A stretch of 64,000 nucleotides of DNA, from contig CM075996.1 of assembly GCA_038087875.1 (NCBI GenBank), forward strand, positions 2,978,001-3,042,000, read 5' to 3'. A program made the position numbers and the translations under genes. This DNA is from Malacoraja senta. Taxonomy: Eukaryota. How positions within the stretch are numbered: the first letter of the stretch is position 1; each line of letters starts with the position of its first letter. Positions 59,169 through 64,000 of the stretch are shown one piece after another. Under the pieces are notes generated by a model. It saw only the letters and a program-made list of their open reading frames with translations, did not search any database and was not told the origin of the DNA.

Positions 59169-59557
59169 CAAAGATCCTATAGCGGAGCAAGATAGACCAC
59201 TCCTTCTAAATGCAATGGGCTGACGTGTAGTACGCAATGGAGCAGAACATGGGCCTTTTTTTCATCCATTTCAGTAACCGACCCGACTCGCAGTGTAATC
59301 AACGTTGCGGGGGAACAGTTTGTGTTAATAAATTAAAACTCTGAAAATGAGGAGAAGATTTTTACCAAAGAACTTTTATGTTTATGAGGATGTTTCCGTA
59401 ACCGGCTTCCGTCTCCGCACTATTATCCTGTGGGATCTTTGGTGCGGAGACGGAAGCCGGTTATGGAAATGGGGCCGAAAATTACCCATGAATCTGCCCA
59501 TGACCGTACTACGTCTTTTTCGTCGAGTGGACCAGCTCGCTCGCTAAAGGATCTTTG
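59169..59557. mobile_element. TIR MITE with 8-bp TSD, P-element-like (389 bp)
   Basis: TIR CAAAGATCCT(A/T)TAGCG; TSD GTATCCAT at 59161-59168 / 59558-59565; interrupts a Rex1 3'UTR. Confidence 0.8.
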
Positions 59558-59939
59558 GTATCCATACAATGTAAATGGCTCGATTGTAATCATGTATTGT
59601 CTTTCCACTGACTGGATAGCACGCAACGAAAGCTTTTCACTGTACCTCGGTACACGTGACAATAAACTAAACTAAACTTAACTGAACTTCTGCGCACTGT
59701 TCCCTTCAGGCTGAAGGTGCAGAAGCTTGAAAGCGCGCACTGCCGGACTCAGGAACAGCTTCTGAACGGTCCTTCCATAAGCAGGGGTTGGTGTTAGCAA
59801 TGAAAGGCAAGCCCAGCAGTAAGAGTGTAGATGGGAGAGACATCACTAAGTTCAGTTAGATGCACAGAGTCTCTTGCCCAGAGTAGGGGAAGATCAACTG
59901 GTAGAGCCACTGCCTCACTGCACCAGAGAGCTGGGTTCG

Positions 59940-61222
59940 ATCAAGTCAAGTCAAGTTTATTTGTCACATACACATACAAGCAAGAGCGGAACTCGCTATC
60001 AAAACATGGAGGGGACGGGGGACACAATTTTTTTGGCAGCCGCGCGCATGCTCACACTCACACACACACGCGGCTCAATTCAGCGCTAAATGCAGCTCAA
60101 CTCTGCCTGTCTCGCCGGGTTAACTACAGCCCTGACTGGACTGACGGGACACCAGCGCTGCTTCTCTGCGCTGGCCATATTTCCCGCAAGCCCAGGCAGG
60201 ACAGGCAGAGTTGAGTTGCGTTTAGTGCTGCTTCTCTGCGCTGGCTGTGGCCCTGGGGGCACAGCTCGCTTCTGACTCCCGACCTCTCTGGCCACCCGTG
60301 GGAGGGGGGAGGGGGGCATTCGGGTGCGGACGGGACAGCGCCGGAGACCCGGCCGGGATCGATCCCGCCTGCCCCCTCTCAAATCTCAAAACATGGGGGG
60401 GACGTGTCCCCTCTGGCCCCCCCCCCCCGGGTTTTCCGCCCCTGCATACAAGATGTGCAGTGAAATGAAAGTGGCAATGCCTGCGGATTGTGCAAAAAAC
60501 TACAGAACAGAATAGAACAGAATCAGTATTTACATATTAGAAAAAAAAACAGCAATTTTAAAAAGACATAACACAACACAACAGTAAATTGGTCCCTGGT
60601 GAAGATAAGAGTTTACAGTCCTGATGGCCTGTGGGAAGAAACTCCATCTCATCCTCTCTGTTTACACAGCGTGACAGCGGAGGCGTTTGCCTGACCGTAG
60701 CAGCTGGAACAGTCCGTTGCTGGGGTGGTAGGGGTCCCCCATAATGTTGCTGGCTCTGGATCTGCCCCTCCTGGTGTATAGGTCCTGCAGGGGGGCGAGT
60801 GTAGTTCCCATGGTGCGTTCGGCTGAACACACTACTCTCTGCAGAGCTTTCCTGTCCTGGGCAGAGCAGTTCCCAAACCAGTTTGTGATGTTGCCGGACA
60901 AGATGCTTTCTACAGCCCCAGAGTAGAAGCACTGGAGGATCCTCAGAGAGACTCTGAATTTCCTCAGCTGCCTGCCTTACTCACCGGTGCGGCAGCGTGT
61001 GATGTCCATGTCAGATCCTCTGTGATGTGGACTCCCAGGTATTTAAAGCAGCTCACCCTGTCCACAGTATCCCCATTTGTCTTAAGTGGCGTGTACGTCC
61101 TCGGATGTTGTGCCCTTCTGTCCACAATCAGCTCCTTAGTTTTTTTGACATTCAAGAGGAGGCTGTTGTCCTGACACCAGAGTGCCAGATCAGCCACCTC
61201 CTCCCGGTAGGCCTTCTCATTG
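59940..61222 (-). mobile_element. Rex1/Babar LINE 3' part (host of the hAT MITE)
   Basis: [20 protein letters not shown]...FKYLGVHI; (CTTGA)n tail at 59940. Confidence 0.9.
59981..60444. mobile_element. hAT-type MITE (464 bp)
   Basis: Imperfect TIR CAAGAGCGGAA / CAGGGGCGGAA; TSD CATACAAG at 59973-59980 / 60445-60452; interrupts a Rex1 3'UTR. Confidence 0.85.
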
Positions 61223-61223
61223 T

Positions 61224-61464
61224 TAGTGTGAGTGTGAGTGTGAGTGTGAGTGTGAGCGTGTGTGTGTGTGTGTGTGTGTGTGAGTGTGTGTATGTGAGTG
61301 TGTGTGTGTGTGTGTATGTGTGTGTGTGTGTATGTGTGTGTGTGTGTGTGTGTATGTGAGTGTGTGTGTGTGTGTGTATGTGTGTGTGCGTGTGTGTGTA
61401 TGTGTGTGCGCGTGTGTGTGTGTGTGAGTGTGTGTATGTGAGTTAGAGTGAGAGTAAGAGTGTG

Positions 61465-61548
<84 letters not shown>

Positions 61549-61565
61549 TGTGTGTGAGAGTGAGT

Positions 61566-61661
<96 letters not shown>
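61224..61661. repeat. (TG)n microsatellite complex
   Basis: Direct observation. Confidence 0.97.
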
Positions 61662-61664
<3 letters not shown>

Positions 61665-61959
61665 GAGTTTCTGTGTACACATTCTCCCCGTGATCGCGTG
61701 GGTTTCCTTCAGGTGCTCCGGTTACCCCTCCAGCATCCCAAAGACGCGCGGGTTTGTCGGTGTAAGTGGCCCTCTGCAAACTTGCCACAGGTGTGTCGGG
61801 AGCGGATAACAAAACGCCAGGGTTTGCAGGTTAATTGGACTTTGTAAATTGTAGAGAGTGGATGAGAAAGTGGACAGGTCGGCGTGGGCTCGGCGGACTG
61901 AAGAGACCATTTCCGTGCTGTATCTCTGAGCTAAAACCAAACACCTACATCACCAAAAC

Positions 61960-62160
61960 CTGCCGATGTTTCTCAGAAACTCGGCGATGAACTCTTACCA
62001 TCAACATCTTCTGAGGAGACGTCTGGTCTGCACTGAGACCACAGTGTTCCCACACACTATTTGGGCCAGTGTTGGTTGGGCTTACCCTGAATTATTGGAC
62101 CTACTTTAAGGAGATGACGTGGAGCTTTCCTTCCAGAGGAAGTGCCTTATCTCCAGGCTC
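61960..62160. promoter_or_regulatory. Candidate haematopoietic promoter/enhancer (PU.1 + GATA + STAT + RUNX)
   Basis: AGAGGAAGTG 62135-62144 adjacent to CTTATCT 62146-62152; TTCTCAGAA 61970-61978; GACCACA 62037-62043; TGACGT 62115-62120. Confidence 0.45.
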
Positions 62161-63852
62161 TTTGATCACCTTAAGTATGTCAGTAAAATCTCAGTTTTCG
62201 TTGGATAGCTGTTATGCTAGCAGTGGGCATGAATGACTAACACACAGTTAGAACATTGCAAAGTCCCAGTTGTAGAAACTGCAGATTCTGCTTAATACAC
62301 AAAAGGACACAAAGCCTGGAGTAAGTTCATAAGCGATAGGGGTAGAATTAGGCCGTTCGGCCCATCAAGTCTACTCCGCCATTCAGTCATAGCTGATCTA
62401 TCTCTCCCTCCTAACCCCATTCCCCTGCCTTCTCTCCATAACCCCTGACACCCGTACTAATCAAGAATCTATCTATATCTGCTTTAGATTGACTATCCAT
62501 TGACTTGGCCCCCACTCAGCCTTCCGTGGCAATGAATTCCACAGATTCACCACCCTCTGACTAAAGAAATCCATCCTTGTCGAGGCAGCGGGAGGTAAAG
62601 ATGGAGTCAAGGGAAGGGAGGTTGGTTTGTGTAAAGGTAGACAAAAGTGCTGGAGAAACTCAGCGGGTGCAGCAGCATCTATGGAGCGAAGGAAATAGGC
62701 GACGTTTCGGGCCGAAACCCTTCTTCAGTCTGGTTTGTGTGATGGTCTGGGCTGCGTCCACAGTTCGCCGCAGGTCCTTGTCCACTCTCTGTACTTCTGT
62801 GAAACAGTTTCCTTACTTCTAAACTGAACTGGTTCTCTCTAAACACAAGGAGGAAGTAGATAGCGCAATGTCACCCCCCTCTCGCCCCCTGCCCACACAC
62901 CACTCTACCCTGGTCCCCCTGCCTCGAACGTACTCTTTCAGATCCAAATCTCTAACTGTGCTGCTATTTTTAATTTATTTTTTGACTTAATGACGTTGGT
63001 TTATTGTTTCCATTCTGAGAACGGCTGGCAGCAGATAAGGCCAATAAGGTGGCGCAGCGGTAGAGTTGCTGCCTAATAACAGCGCTTGCAGGCAGCGGGA
63101 CAGGCAGCATCTCTGGGGAGAAGGAATGGGTGATGTTTTGGGTCAAGACGTCCAGACCAGTCTGAAGAAGGGTCTTGACCCGAAACGTCGCCCATTCCTT
63201 CTCCCCAGAGATGCTGCCTGTCCCGCTGAGTTACTCCAGCATTTTGTGTATAAATGCAAATGTTTTCATACCCTGTGCTATGAAATGCTTATCTTGGCCA
63301 TTGTTCCTGCTTTCCCCCCTCCGCTACAATCAGGTTGAAGAAAGGGCCCCAACCCAAAACCTCCCTGGTCTATGTTCTCAAGAGTCGGCAGTGTTTTATT
63401 GTCAAAGATAGACACAAAATGCTGGAGTAACTCAGCGGGTCAGACAGCATCTCTGGAGAGAAGGAATGGGTGACGTTTCGGGTGGGGTCTGACACGCTGA
63501 GTTATTCCACAGGCTCGTGTCTATATGCAAGAGTTGCAGGTTTTGAGGATGAGGGGTGATTCCGAAGAGGTGTATAAGATCACGTGAGGACAGATGCATA
63601 GTCTTTTACCCAGAGTAAGGGAATGAAGTACCAGGCGTTTTAGGTTTAAGGTGAGAGGAGGAAGATTGAATAGAAACCTGAGGGGCAACGTTTTCACACG
63701 GATGGTTGGTGCATGGAACGAGCTTCAGGAGGAGGTAGTTGAGGCAGGTGCTATAACAATATTTTAAACACATTCGGGCAGGTACATGGAAAGGAAAAAT
63801 GTAGAGGAAAATTGGGCAAATGTGGGCAGGTGGGACAAGTGTAGATGGGGCA

Positions 63853-64000
63853 TGTTGGTTGGCATGGTCAAGTTGGGCCGAAGGGCCTGTTGGTTGGCAT
63901 GGTCAAGTTGGGCTGAAGGGCATGTTGGTTGGCATGGTCAAGTTGGGCTGAAGGGCCTGTTGGTTGGCATGGTCAAGTTGGGCCGAAGGGCCTGTTGGTT
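63853..64000 (+). repeat. 35-bp tandem repeat derived from a HER1/CR1 LINE tail, runs off the window
   Basis: Unit TGTTGGTTGGCATGGTCAAGTTGGGC(C/T)GAAGGGC(C/A) starting at 63853, 63888, 63923, 63958, 63993. Confidence 0.95.

Noticed and set aside
20600..60930. Inverted near-identical Rex1 copies flanking the CYP gene as a composite transposon or inversion
   Set aside because: Abundant family with different truncation points and no shared TSD; chance co-occurrence suffices.
42000..64000. Expected neighbours ncf4, tcf20 or a second csf2rb
   Set aside because: No island translated into recognisable PX/SH3/PB1, PHD or cytokine-receptor motifs.

Overview
Repeat-saturated vertebrate genomic DNA. 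The repeat complement (HE1/V-SINE-type tRNA SINEs, HER1/CR1 LINEs, Rex1, Penelope remnants) points to a cartilaginous fish, probably a skate or ray. Two protein-coding genes can be assembled exon by exon with consistent splice phases. (1) On the minus strand, the first 8 coding exons (signal peptide, domains D1-D3 and the first half of D4; 392 codons) of a cytokine receptor common beta chain, csf2rb; the gene runs off the left edge through a GC-AG intron. (2) On the plus strand, a complete intact 9-exon CYP2-family P450 (517 aa, CYP2D-like) starting 70 bp after a 200-N assembly gap. Almost all long ORFs in the supplied track are LINE fragments or microsatellite artefacts. Notable unannotated structure: a ~134-bp retroposon with TSD and (GAA)n tail whose 5' end folds as an HDV-like ribozyme; many Penelope-derived terminal repeats carrying a minimal hammerhead core, often as inverted pairs; a 1.7-kb non-autonomous Helitron with a 48-bp minisatellite; four TIR MITEs (two Harbinger, one P-like, one hAT); and a chain of unique islands at 45-62 kb with haematopoietic TF motifs and minus-strand splice donors, which could put the CYP gene inside the csf2rb regulatory or transcription domain.
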